Assembly (NCBI GenBank): GCA_039621445.1
Contig: CP154954.1
Location: 22,518,954 to 22,582,953 of the forward strand
Reading direction: 5' to 3'
From: Euglena gracilis
Taxonomy: Eukaryota
Length of the DNA stretch: 64,000 nt
Shown here: positions 23,997-36,393 of the stretch, one piece after another
Numbering within the stretch: position 1 is the stretch's first letter
Layout: every line of letters starts with the position of its first letter
The notes under the pieces: generated by a model
Seen by the model: the letters and a program-made list of their open reading frames with translations, nothing else
What the model was told of the DNA's origin: nothing
Database searches by the model: none
Position numbers and translations under genes: made by a program

Positions 23997-26067
23997 GGCG
24001 GTGGCCGGCCAGCCGGTCGGGTTCAAACTTCATTCACTTTCCGTTGAAAAGCCCGTCCGGGACACTGTCAGGACTCGACAACCTGCGATGATAGAGAGTT
24101 GCCAAGGTCTAGAACAGAAGTGACCGTTTCCTGGGGGGCGGGGGGGGGGGGCTCAGCAGCCAGCGTGGCCCGGGGGGGGGGGGGGGGACCCCCCGGCGCT
24201 TGGTCCGGCCATGATTGAAGGTTAGTCCAGGGGCCAAGTTTGCATGTTCAGAATGCATGTTGGCGACCATGTGCAAAGGGCCGAAGGCCAACTGTAGGGG
24301 GGGACACCAAATTTGCATGGAAGGATGAGGGGCCAAGTACCCGGGGAGGGGGTAAACCCCCCCAAAAAATAATACCCCCCGGGTATTATTATTAATTATT
24401 TTTCGCCCGAAGTCCCAGCCCGAGGGGGGAAGGGTATTATTTGGGGATATTTCCCAAATATTCCCGAAATTTTTCAAAGTCCCGTAAGACCCAAAATAGC
24501 ACCCAAAACCCCCCTTTGGGGTCATTTTTTTTTGTACTTTCTCATAAAATTTAGCATTTTTGGAGGCCAGATGATTCAGAAAAATCGATTTTTCCGTAAT
24601 TTGTTGTCAGAGATTGTTATCTTTAATTCAAATTAATTCAAAGATATTCCGTCTATTCGGACCACACTTTGCCACTTAAGTGTTGGTCGGACCTTTGATT
24701 TTTGGCCATTTTCGGCCATGTGGCAAGAGTGACTGACCGACCGGGGGGGGGGGGAGGAAGTGACTGGCTGGCTTTTGAAAGTGGAAAATGCCCCCCCCCC
24801 CCTGGGGTAAGAACAGAGCATACTGCCCATCACCCCCCACCAAAGCAGTATCCAGAGACAATCAACACAGGGGTGAGACTCGACACTGTGAGGACACGGC
24901 TTCTCTTATTCAGCCTTTGAAACTCCATACCCCAAGATGGTTCCCCCAACGTTGACAGGCACAGGGGGCAGATATTTTTTTAAAGCTTTCGTGACCCGGG
25001 GTGGGTGGGTGGGTGGTGGGTCCCAGCCGAGTCCCCCCCCCCTGGTGGGGGGTCGGCCAAGTGGATACCCTGCCGAAGGCAGGGTCTTCCTCTATTTTCG
25101 GCGCAAAGCACCGAAAAATTTTAGACCCAAAATTTGACCCAAAGCGTCCCAAAAGCATCCCTCCAAGCGCCTCCCTCCCCAGACCCCCGGAGGGTGGGTG
25201 GGTGGGTCCGGAACCAAAAACCCAGGTCCAAAAAAAAACCTCCAACAGGGGGATGTTTCCCGTTTGCCAGAAGGGTTTTGATGGGGAATTTCCCCATCAA
25301 ACCCTGCCAGCCGGTACCAACCGCCCCGGCCAACTCCCCAGCCGCTTTCGTGGGCGGTCACCTTCCCCATTTTTTTTGACATTTCGAGACTCAGCTGACC
25401 CGCAGTTGCTGTGCAACCAGGTATCGGCTTAAGGATTTGCAGTTCCGGGGCGGGGGGGGGGCGAGACTTGGTCTGAATTCAATTTTTCAGGTCAAAATCC
25501 GGGTCGTCGGCCCAAGATTGGGGGGGGGGGGTATTAATTCATTAATTCAGTGGCCGAAGTCGGACCCCATGGGGGGGGGGCATCATTTGGGGGGGGGTAT
25601 TATTTGGGGGGTATTATTGGGGGGGGGGGGTATTATTTGGGGGGAGGGTTTACCCAAGCCCCTTCCACGATGGAAGCCCTTGTCTCTCAAACTGCAGCCA
25701 CCCACCCCAAAGCCGAAAAACCCTGACGAAGGTTACAAAAAAAGGGGGACAGCCGCATGGGGAGCCAACAGATCCACCTTCCACTTCCACTAACAAAAAA
25801 ACCAGTCACCCACTTCCACCCCCCCAGGGTCGGTCTAGCCACACACGGCCGACAATGACTCAAAATCCATGCGGTTTGGCCAAAGCCCCCACCCACAAAA
25901 CTTCAAGTTCAAAAATTTCCCTTCGGTGCAGGGTGGCCACTTTTGGTCAATCCTGACCGACCTACCTCCCCCCCGGGGGGGGGGGGGTTCCAAAAGCCAG
26001 TCAATCACGAAAAAAAACACTCGGCTACCCATCCCCAGGAGGGGTCAGACACACTTTTTGCAACGGT

Positions 26068-26275
26068 ATGGTTTCGGGTTCGGGTGCAGATGTGGGTGCG
26101 GGTTTGGGAAGGAGTTCAGCCAAGGGATCGAGTACAAGTTTGGGCACGGGTTCAGGAACAGGTTTGCGTGCAGGTTCATGTAAGGGTTTGGGTACAGGTT
26201 CAGGAACGGGATTGGGTCCAGGTTCAGGTATGGGTTCGGGTTCGGGTTTGGGTACAGGTTCGGGTACAAGTTCGA
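26068..26275. repeat. Degenerate 6-bp minisatellite (GGGTTC/GGTTCA/GGTACA)
   Basis: Hexamer periodicity; explains the PEP-, GS- and VQV-repeat ORFs. Confidence 0.8.
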
Positions 26276-26809
26276 GCACCTGGAAAAACCAGGAGGATGG
26301 GTGTGAAGCAAGACAAAGATTGGTAGGTGGCACTAGAGACGGCACACCCAGCATAGGTTCTGGAGATTTCGGACTTATCTGCTGAAACATTGTTTTCATC
26401 AACAAGGTTGAGCAATCATCACAATCAGAGCGGGGGGATTATTATTATTATTAGCATTGACCACCGGAGCCGGGGGGATTCAAAATATCTCAATTTTCAT
26501 CATTCTTGGGCCTGAAAATGGGTTTTTGGCAACTTTTCAGGGACTTTAATACCATCCCAGGTGCTTCGTGCCATCAGCGGGGGGGGGGGTCTTAAATTTG
26601 GGAGGGGGGTTGTATTTCTTGATTTTGCTCAACAGGCCTAGGCGAGTTTTATCATTATTTAGCATTTTAGCATTCATATGTTGCATATTTTAATTGTTTG
26701 CATAATTTTTATTGCAAAAAAGCAAAAAAAAAAAAACTCAGCAAAACTGAAAATTTTTCAAAGAAAATGCTTTTTAAGCAAAAAAAAATTCAAAAAGAAA
26801 GATTGTGTT

Positions 26810-27152
26810 CAGGCTGCTTTTTACCAACCCCGGGGGGGAGGGGGGTCCGGAGTGCCTGTGAGCGCCTGCCCAGGCAGGCACTACCCCCCCCCCGGGGGGG
26901 TCGGATTTGGCCTGTGGCCCAGGCACATTCCTTTGAAAATAGGCCATTTTTGGCTCCCCGGCGCCTTCGGCGCCGAGTCTATGCTAGGGCACTTTTGGTC
27001 GTGTGCCCAACCCCTCCGGGGGGGGGGGGGTTGGGCACACGACCAAAAGTGCCCTAGCACTAGGGTCGGATTTGGAGTGCCTTGGGGTGCCTGCCCAGGC
27101 AGGCACCCCCCCCCCCCGGGGTGGGGTCGGCACCCGACTAAAATACAGCCTG
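26810..27152. mobile_element. hAT MITE, family A (CAGGCTG ends)
   Basis: Perfect TSD ATTGTGTT; homologous to 21024-21314 and 47401-47683. Confidence 0.85.
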
Positions 27153-28953
27153 ATTGTGTTTTGCTTTATATTGTTTTGTTTAAATTTTGGAAACGTGCGG
27201 GATCAAAATGAATATGCAATTTTATTGTTGGCCAAGAAAACACAAAGAATCAACAAAAAATTTGGTCTCGGGGGAAAATGATGCCCAAACAGGGCACTTT
27301 TTTAAGTGCACGGAATTTGTTGGACTTAAAAGAAATACCCAGAAGAAATCGAAAAATCGCCAGAAAACACACACAAACAAACAAAAACACGCAAAAGGCG
27401 AATTTCTTCAAATTCGCGGTTTAATAAAAAAAACACAAAAAAAACAAAAAAAATTCCCCTTGCAAAGGGGCGGGGTAAGAGGTATGGTTACAAGGAGTGC
27501 AAACTGTGCACATGGGCAGGTGAATGACCGCACATTGTGCACACTGCAGGTTTTTTCTTGCACATAAACGAGGAAAAAATAAAAGGCCGCACACAAGCAC
27601 AGAAATTATGCAAAGATCCTTCAGAGTGTAATTTCTGCCATAAAAAACAACAACAATACACTTCTCTCCAAAAATACTCTTCTCGTGTGAGAAAATGACG
27701 CAGCCCAGATGCAAGGTGTGTGTAACAAGAAAAGAAATAGAATTACAAGATGGATGGGCGGCCCCGCGCCTTGCACTTGGCGATGGAATGAAAGCTTAAA
27801 CAACCTTCACAACAGGTTTATGTTAGAGGGGGCGACAGAGCATATCTGCTGAGCACGGCTGCAGGTCCAGCCTTGATGAGTGAACTCCTTCGGCATGAAC
27901 CCCATATTATTTGGATTGCATTGTAAGCTTTTTAGAAGAGAATTTCCATTCCATGGAATTTTCAATTGCATGGAGGATTATGAACACTGGAATGTTTCAC
28001 TCAATATGCTGAACTCCAAAATACAGTACCAGAAGCAGGGCAGTCCTTAAGCAACAAAAAAAACCCTTCCCAACACATTCAATGAAAAATTCACAGGAAA
28101 AAGTACCCCAAAAGGTGATTCTGGAATCCTCGTGTTTGGCCTCATATCTAGAACCCGATCGGGGGTTCTCATTGCGTTCCCCGGGGTAGCTACTTTGATG
28201 TGCCGGCCGGATTAGGGCCTACGGGTGTGAAAAACATGCGGATGTCAAAAAACTATCCAGATATCGACCGTTTTGGAGGGGTAGAAGAGGGCCCCAAATG
28301 GCAGTACAACCTGTTCCCCCTTAAATATGGCCCCATGGGAAACCGTGATTTGGGGTTCGACTATTAATTTTCATCTACATTCGATTCCCAGACCGGCTGT
28401 TGGTCAGCCCTTAGGCCAAAGGGTGGTTCTTCAGTTCTTAAAGTGGTTGAAATGCGAGAAGGATGCCTGCATAGCTTGCAGAATATGCTGAAATTATGGT
28501 GCTTGTCAGGTAACAAACTGTACAGATGTTTATGCTTTAGAATAACAATATGAATTGGCCGCAGCAGAAAAGCAATAAAACGCAATCAAATAACAGAAAC
28601 AGCCACATTGAGCTAAACTGACAACTGTGGCTCAACACTTTACATGGAACACATCTGCCCTGGTCAGTTGTTTAAAGAATATCCCCAACATTTTGGTGAC
28701 CCCTCAGGGGGTGCCCCCCCCCCTGGGCGCATGGCCCGGGCCATGATTGAAGGAATGGCCGGGGGCCAACCTTAGGGTGTCAAGTTTGCATGTCAAGGAT
28801 TTCGGCGGGCCATACACAAAATAAGCCAAAACCCTTAAAGATGGGGACCAAGGTCGCAGGTTAAAGCCGAAGACAACTTCAGGGGGGGGCAAGTTTCCAT
28901 TCAAGGGAGGAGGGGGGCCAAACGCCCGGGGGGATGGCAAGCGCCTGGGGAGG

Positions 28954-29141
28954 TACCTCCCCCCCCTTGTCGTTGACACGCCAATGTTCCAGGAGAGTGC
29001 CGTTGACACGGGGGGGGGGGGGGGGGGTGTCAACGACACGCCATGTCAATGTCACTGTGATTCAAAAGGTAGTGTTCCAGAAAAGTGTCGTTGACATGGG
29101 TGTGTGTGTCAACGACACGCCGTGTCAAGGGGGGGGAGGTA
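28954..29141. mobile_element. Small TA-flanked MITE with internal GTCGTTGACAC palindromic repeats
   Basis: TACCTCn-TTG…CAA-GnAGGTA. Confidence 0.65.
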
Positions 29142-29174
29142 CTTTCCCACTCACATACCCACATTTGTTGAAAC

Positions 29175-29445
29175 CAGGTTTTTTTAAGACCGGGGGGAAG
29201 GGAGGTCCCCCCCACCCTCTGGGGGGGGGGGGCCCGCCCCAAGAGGGGGGTCCCGGGTGACCCAACCCACTTTTCCCCGAAAAGGCCAAAAGATCGCGAA
29301 AAATGCCAAAATAGCACCTTTTCAAAAAATTTCGGCGCCTTCGGCACCGAAAAGTATCCCACGGCCCCTGGGGGACCCCGGGGGGGGGGGGGGGGGGTCG
29401 GCTGGACCCCCCCCCGGGGTTCCACGACAAAAAAAATATCCCCTG
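29175..29445. mobile_element. hAT MITE, family B
   Basis: Perfect TSD GTTGAAAC; CAGG…CCTG ends. Confidence 0.85.
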
Positions 29446-29708
29446 GTTGAAACCCACCCATGCACCCCCCTCCCCGGTCGACCCACCCACCCAACCACTG
29501 AAAACCTGCCCAAAAACCGACCGAAAATTTTTATATTTTTTAATTTTGTTTTTTTTTAAATGGCAGGCCTTCAGCCAGGTTGGACAGAGGGTCAAACGCC
29601 CCAAAATACACACCCACTGAGGTCAAACAATACTAGATCACCTGAGAGGAGGCTTAATAACCCCCCCTCCACACACACATATATATGCATATATATACAC
29701 ATATATAC

Positions 29709-29710
<2 letters not shown>

Positions 29711-29739
<29 letters not shown>

Positions 29740-30011
29740 TGTATGTATGTATGTATGTATGTATGTATGTATGTATGTATGTATGTATGTATGTATGTAT
29801 GTATGTATGTATGTATGTATGTATGTATGTATGTATGTATGTATGTATGTATGTATGTATGTATGTATGTATGTATGTATGTATGTATGTATGTATGTAT
29901 GTATGTATGTATGTATGTATGTATGTATGTATGTATGTATGTATGTATGTATGTATGTATGTATGTATGTATGTATGTATGTATGTATGTATGTATGTAT
30001 GTATGTATGTA
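29711..30011. repeat. (GTAT)n microsatellite, ~300 bp
   Basis: Seen directly. Confidence 0.97.
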
Positions 30012-30015
30012 CATA

Positions 30016-31168
30016 TATAAACCCCCCCAAATACAACCCCCCAAATATAAACCCCCCCTGAGGAACTTGAAATCCCGCCCGAATATAAAACCCCCCTCCG
30101 GCGCAAAGGCGCCGGAAGGAAAAAAATTCGACAAAATATCTCCTAAAATTGTGATTTTTGGCAGATATGGGAGCAATTTTTACCAAAAGCGTGTGAAAAC
30201 TGCTCCTTCGGCCGAAAATTTTGACCCCCAAGGGTGGGCGTATTTGTGATTTTAGACCGAAAAAGTGACGACTGGATTGTTTTTCAAACTGAATATAACC
30301 CCCCCCCCCAATATAAAACCCCCTGGGGGTCTTGAAATATAAAACCGGGGGTTTTATATTTGGGGGGTTACCAATAGTTTTATCTATTGAGGAGGATGGA
30401 TGGCTGTTCACAAAGGAAGTGGGGTTTCAATATTTTTTAAAAAAATTAAACGCAACCATGAATCCCTTTGTGAATAACTTCATTCATGTTCCAGTTGCGC
30501 GACTGCATAATCACAAATAGCTTCTCAGCCGCTTTGGCACGTCCGACTGCCGGAGGCACTGGTTTACACTTTAGACCAGGGCGCCGTGTAACGAAGTCAG
30601 AGGGGAGTCCAGTTTCGACGGGGTGAAACCAATGGGGTGGCTGGGGTAAAAGAAGGTGGCTGACTGCTGAGCCCCGGACAAAAACAATAACTCAGTTAGG
30701 CAAAAAAAAAGAATCTTGGTGATTGAGGGTCCAAAGGTCACAAAAAAAAACTCAACCCCCCCCAAATATAACCCCCCCCCCAAATACAAACCCCCCCCCA
30801 AATATAAAACCCCCCCTGAGGACCTTGAAATCCCGCCCAAATATAAACCCCCCCCTCCGGCGCGAAGTGCCGGAAGGAAAATTTTTTGACAAAATATCTC
30901 CCAAAATTGTCATTTTTGGCAGATTTGGGAACAATTTTTACCAAAAACATGTGAAAATTGCTCCTTCGCCCGAAAAATGAAGTTTTTGGACCCCCAAGGG
31001 TGGGCGTATTTGTAATTTTGGACCAAAAAAGTGTCTACTGGAGCCCACCGGGAAGTTGATTTTTCCGACCGAATATAACCCCCCCCCAAATATAAAACCC
31101 CCCCTCGGGGTCTTGAAATTTCCGCCCAATTATAAACCGGGGGGGTTTTATATTTGGGGGGGGGGTTT
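30016..31168. mobile_element. Two related MITE copies (about 30016-30370 and 30755-31168) with CCCCCCAAATATAA repeats
   Basis: Direct homology between the copies; inverted TATTTGGGGGG ends. Confidence 0.65.
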
Positions 31169-31773
31169 AGGCCAAAATAGGTCGAAAATTGGTGCAACCC
31201 AGTTTACAGAAAAGATCTCAAAATGGTGGAATTCATTGATTTTTTGCTGATTCTTTGGGAGTCAGACCCGGTAATGGAACAGGTACAGGAACCCAGGCAT
31301 CCAGGCATCAGAAAACACCTACAGATCCACGGATCTCCTTTCTACATAGTGGCGCAAATCAAAACCAGAAAACGCGCAAAAGGTTCCCGCTTATGCAGTT
31401 ACCTATTAACCGTTTCGGCTTCAGGGTGTGAAAATGTCCACTGTGTAAAAGGGGGCTGGCAGGTTTCCTGTCAAAGCATCCCATCCATCCAGTTTGGGTG
31501 TGCACGCGAGGTAGGTTATGTGCATTCGCAGAAAATTCATGGGACAAAAAATAATAAATATTCTTTGGTGTAAAATATCTTTCGCTTGATTTCTTAGATC
31601 CCCTCTCGCACTCCATCTCGTACTTTCACGTTGTTGGCTTGTTCATTTGCCCGTAAAATGGGATCAGGATGTGGTCTGGTTCCCCAGGATTGCAGGAGGA
31701 AATGCAAACACATTGAAAATTAGGGTGCCTAGAGAGGTGTCTCCACAGCGTGCAACGCACGTACACCTGGCAA

Positions 31774-31793
31774 TGTGTGTGTGTGTGCGTGTG

Positions 31794-31826
<33 letters not shown>

Positions 31827-31866
31827 CTGTGTCTGTGTGCGTGTGTGTGTGTGTGCGTGCGTGCGT
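31774..31866. repeat. Imperfect (GT)n
   Basis: Seen directly. Confidence 0.9.
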
Positions 31867-34800
31867 CTGGGAACTCCAATGGCTGCCACAGCAACTTGGG
31901 TTGTAGCTGGAACGATTTAGGGCAGGTAAAAACAAATCCCACACATACACTTTAACTTAAAAAAAATGGTTACCTTTTGGTTACCTAAAATTGGTACCTT
32001 TGCGCAATTGCGCAAAAAAAAATCACTTGTGCAAATGCGCACACAGACCACTCGAACAACAGCAAGAACGGTCTGTTTTAGCAACTACTCAAATGGAAGA
32101 TTATCGCAATTACGCAGCAGGTGGTTCCTTTGCGTAATTGCCCCAAAAAACACACGATGCTCCTTCGCACAATTGCGCAAAGAACCACTTGTGGTATTGC
32201 AAAAGTGGTCCATTCAAATGATGGGTTTGCTGCAATTATGAGAATTCAAAGTCATACAACTATTTGAAAATTGTATCCCCCCGCGAAACTGTCACCTATC
32301 AGGCCAGCAAGCACAGAGGTAGGTGACAGGTCGGTTTTATGACAGGTCAGCGAGTACGGAGACAGGTGACATTTTCCCGGGGCCGGATCAGAGGTAAAAC
32401 GGTGAATCTTTCGCCCCCAACTGACCAAGAAACCCAAAAATGTGATTTTCCCACATTCTTTGAGGTCCATTCAATTTCCACCTTCAAAAAAAAACATATT
32501 CCACGAGACCACTGGTGTTTGAAGCCCAGTCCCAGAACGATGCGCACATCGCATTGCGCGGCTGTGCACAACTCATGAGGGGGGCACATCCCCTCACATG
32601 TGTGCACGATCTGACACCACAATCGCGCGCTTGTGCACCAGGGCGGTCTTTCAAACAATTCAAAAAAAAAACTCTGGTGTCCCACATTCGACTAAAAAAA
32701 TTAACAAGAAAAATGGAATCGATTCTGTTTCTAATTTTAGACCACGTTTGAGTCTCAGTCTGACCCTTGGTTGGGCCTGAGGGTGGTCCTTTACAAAAAA
32801 AAAACACGAAATCCTGTCCCTCATGGACCGCCCTGATATGCGCACGCTTGGTGCGTCATGTGCGCATGATCTGTCACATACAGTGTGAAGTGTCCCTCAT
32901 TGCTGCAAACAAACAAAACAATACATAAAAACCTCTGCTGTCCCACAAGAATACACAAGAAAACGGAAAATTCGAATTTTTTTCGGCAAAAAAGGTTGGC
33001 TTTGGGGGGAGGGGAGTTTTCTGGCATTAAAACCTGGCGCTAAACCAGCCAAAATACAAAAATATGGCAGCCATAAAACCAACCAAGGCCCCTCCGGGGC
33101 ATTGATTTTATCCGGGGTGGGAGTGTGTATGGTTGTACTGGGTCCCACCTTGGGGGGAAAACAGGGGTTATTGTTAGGGTTATAAGTGTACTTCCGGAGT
33201 ACTCCCATTCTTAGAAAATCAGGGAGAAGTTAGACCCCGTTTCGGACCGAGTTAGGCAGAACTTAGGTCGAGTTTGGGTGAACCCCGACAAAAATACACC
33301 CAAAGAAATCCTCCGAAAGAGGGACCTAACTTCTGACCTAACTTTTACCCAAAACAAGATAATTTTCGGTGTGCGGCTCTTAACCAACCCTATTCCTAAA
33401 ATGAAGCGGTAATCCTCCCTGAATCCGGCGAAAGCTGCCGGATCTGAAGAGTGGGGAGGTCGAAAATGCACTACCCCGTGCCTACCTACATAAACCCTCG
33501 GGGGTGCAAATTTCCTTAAAAAGGAAACCTGACCCCAAAATGAAACTCGCGTTCCTTTTTTTGCAAATGTCCAAAAAAAAGACGAAAGAGCATAAATGCA
33601 AGATCTTTAGCTGGAGCGACAACCTAAAAAAGACACTGGCAAGACTCAGGGAAAAGAAGTGAATTGACCTTTTGCGCGTGAAAGGTCGCCAAAGGAAAAT
33701 CCTCAGGATATGAACAACAGCCTCAGACTACGGGTACCACCAAGGTGCATCCGTGGATGCGTATTTGCAGCCATATGCATTGGCAAGGTGCACATGTCCA
33801 TCGCGTGAAGATGCAAGAAGAAAAGAAGGAGCAGATGGCATATGGTTGAGGATAGCGTCCCGGGGTAGGAGGGTCTGGCGCTCTGGGAGCAGTCACCAAA
33901 TACAACCAGATAAGCCTTCTTGGGAATTGGCATTTCATGTGGTTGAGGAGATGGCCAAGGAGTTGTATTACCTTTCCCAACTTCAAAAAAAGGGGGAACA
34001 GGCCAAATCCAAAAGAGAAAAATGATAATCTCAAAAAAAAACTAGAGAAGAAAAAGGAAATACATATAAACACACACATATATATACATATATCACATCT
34101 TGGAATATTTTTGTCAGGCATCACCAAAACAATGGGGAAAATCAAAAAATGAACCAAGAAAATGAGACTCTGGGATGAAATGCAGCGGCAATGAACTCTA
34201 TGGCCCCCCAGAGGGGGAGGGCATATAATTCATCCAGGTTTTTTGGGTCCGATTAGCCTGGGAAACCAGCCGCTTGCGGGCATCTTTCGGCGGCATTGGG
34301 GAGAATGTGGCGTTATGAATGGGAATAGGGTTAGGGTTGTGATCAGCGTGCCGAAAACCAACCCACTTTAGGACAAAAGTTAGGCCGGAAATTAGGTCCA
34401 AATTAGGTCTCCATTTAAAAAGACTTTTCGGAACACGCTTTCCCTAAAAATTGCCCAAACTCGGTCAAAATTCAGGCTAACTTGGTCCGGAACACGCCCA
34501 ATTTGTTCCTAATTTCCTGGAAACGGGGTCCAGCCTATCCCATTCAATAACCCAACTTTCCTGGAAAATGGGACCCAGGATGAACTAAACAGACTCCCCC
34601 TCCTGGACGGGCCCATTTGGGGGGGTATGTAGCTCATTGCTGCCGAAAATGAACCAAACAAAAATAAGGCGTGGTGGAGAGGGAGCAATTCCTTCGAAAT
34701 TTGAACAATCACCTCCAAACAACATGAGTTTTGCTTAAACATGAGTTTTGCTTACTGCACTTTATTTTCTCTCAAATCTTTTGTTTTCCCGTCTGCACAG

Positions 34801-36393
34801 AGTTTGAGCAATTTTCCAACGCTTTGTCCAATTTTTTTGATGTTATTTTCTATCTACACGCTGGCAGATAAATTCCGAATCTTCGCTGAAACTTTTGGGG
34901 GGAGGTGTCAGCTTCCGCAACAGACAGGAAATATCGCTTCTTCAACCTACATCCCTGCTGAAGTCCAACTGCCCCTCTGGAGTACTACACATGACAATGG
35001 AGATGTCAGCTATTCCCCCCCTTTTACTTGCTCGAAATTTTTGGCTGGTGTTGTTGTTGTTTTTTGACATTTCTCATTCATTGGCCAGAGTCTCCAGTTC
35101 AGGCTTCATTTATTACAACCCCTGCCAGGTGCCTGCTAACCAAGCCAATTTTCCCTTGAAAATGGGCATTTTCGTACCCCTAGCGCCAAAGGTGCCAGGA
35201 GTCGTAACACCACCCACCCAAAACCACAACCCCCCGGGGGTGGAAAATGCCCAACCCCCCTGCCTGCCCATAACCCCCCTGTGTGCCTGTGGCTGTTTGT
35301 TTGGTGCCTTTTATCCCTTCTTCTGGCCTGGCGCTGTTTTTTGCCTCTAGCCCTTTTTGTCTGGTACGTGGAGGTGGGTTTACCTCCAACAATGGTGATG
35401 GAGTTCCCGTCCATGGAGAATGATGGAGTTCCTGTCCATGTAAACATCATCCATCACCACACATCCTTGCCCAAAGCTGGGAAACAACTTCCGGAGAGGC
35501 TTGCCAATGAAAAACACAGCGAGGGCAACGTGGTGACATTTGGGCGAGGCCATTGCTAGGGCGCAGGGGGGTATCACTGCTCGCCCGATTCTTGAGGGGC
35601 ACCGTTCTGCAACTGTTGCGGGCACATTGCGGGGGAGAGGTGGACAGGCTGGGACCACGAAATTGCTTTAACAACGGAGGGGAGGGTTCGACAAGACGGA
35701 AGTTCGGAAGACAGAAACAGTTGTTGTTTGTTGAAATCAACCCCCTCCAAAATAGAATAAAAAATTTGGCCATTTTCTGGAAGCTTTTTTCGGCTTCCTC
35801 ATCTGCTTCAAATGGCTAAAAATCTTGGGCAACTTACGCCGGCTAAGCCAAATGCAAATGCATCTTTGAGGGATTGGTGGTATGGAAGCCAGTTTCAAGC
35901 AATTGTGTGGCGAGATACCGGCACAGGTGAATGGGAAGTCAGCCTACAGGAGGAGGGGGGCATGGGAGCCCACTCCGTGACAAAGAGCCATCCTCAGAAG
36001 TACATTTCAAAACCATCGAAAATGAAAAACCTGACCCCCCCTGGCACTGAGCCCGGGTCATTTTTTTTCCCACTGACCCAGGGAGAGGGGTCCAAAAACA
36101 AGCCAGTCAGTTTTTTTGGGGGGGAAACCACTCGATCACTGTCCCCTATGGGGTCGGCCACCCTGGGATCGTACGTTTTTTAAACCATCCCGGGGGTTCC
36201 AGCTCAGAGGCTGGAAAATTTGGGCTGGCTGGAAAAAGGCTGCTGGCTGACCCCCCCCCTCAAGGGGTCCCTGACCTGAGGTCGAACCGGGTGCCAAAAA
36301 AATATCGAAAGCGCAAAAATTCCAAAAAACTGCCAATTATGCAAATAATGCATTTTTCGACGTCGATTCTGCTCTTGTTTGTGTATCAATGGC

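Noticed and set aside
29560-30411. YVCM/IHTY-repeat ORFs (also 54041-54352 and 55387-55959)
   Set aside because: Microsatellite read-through
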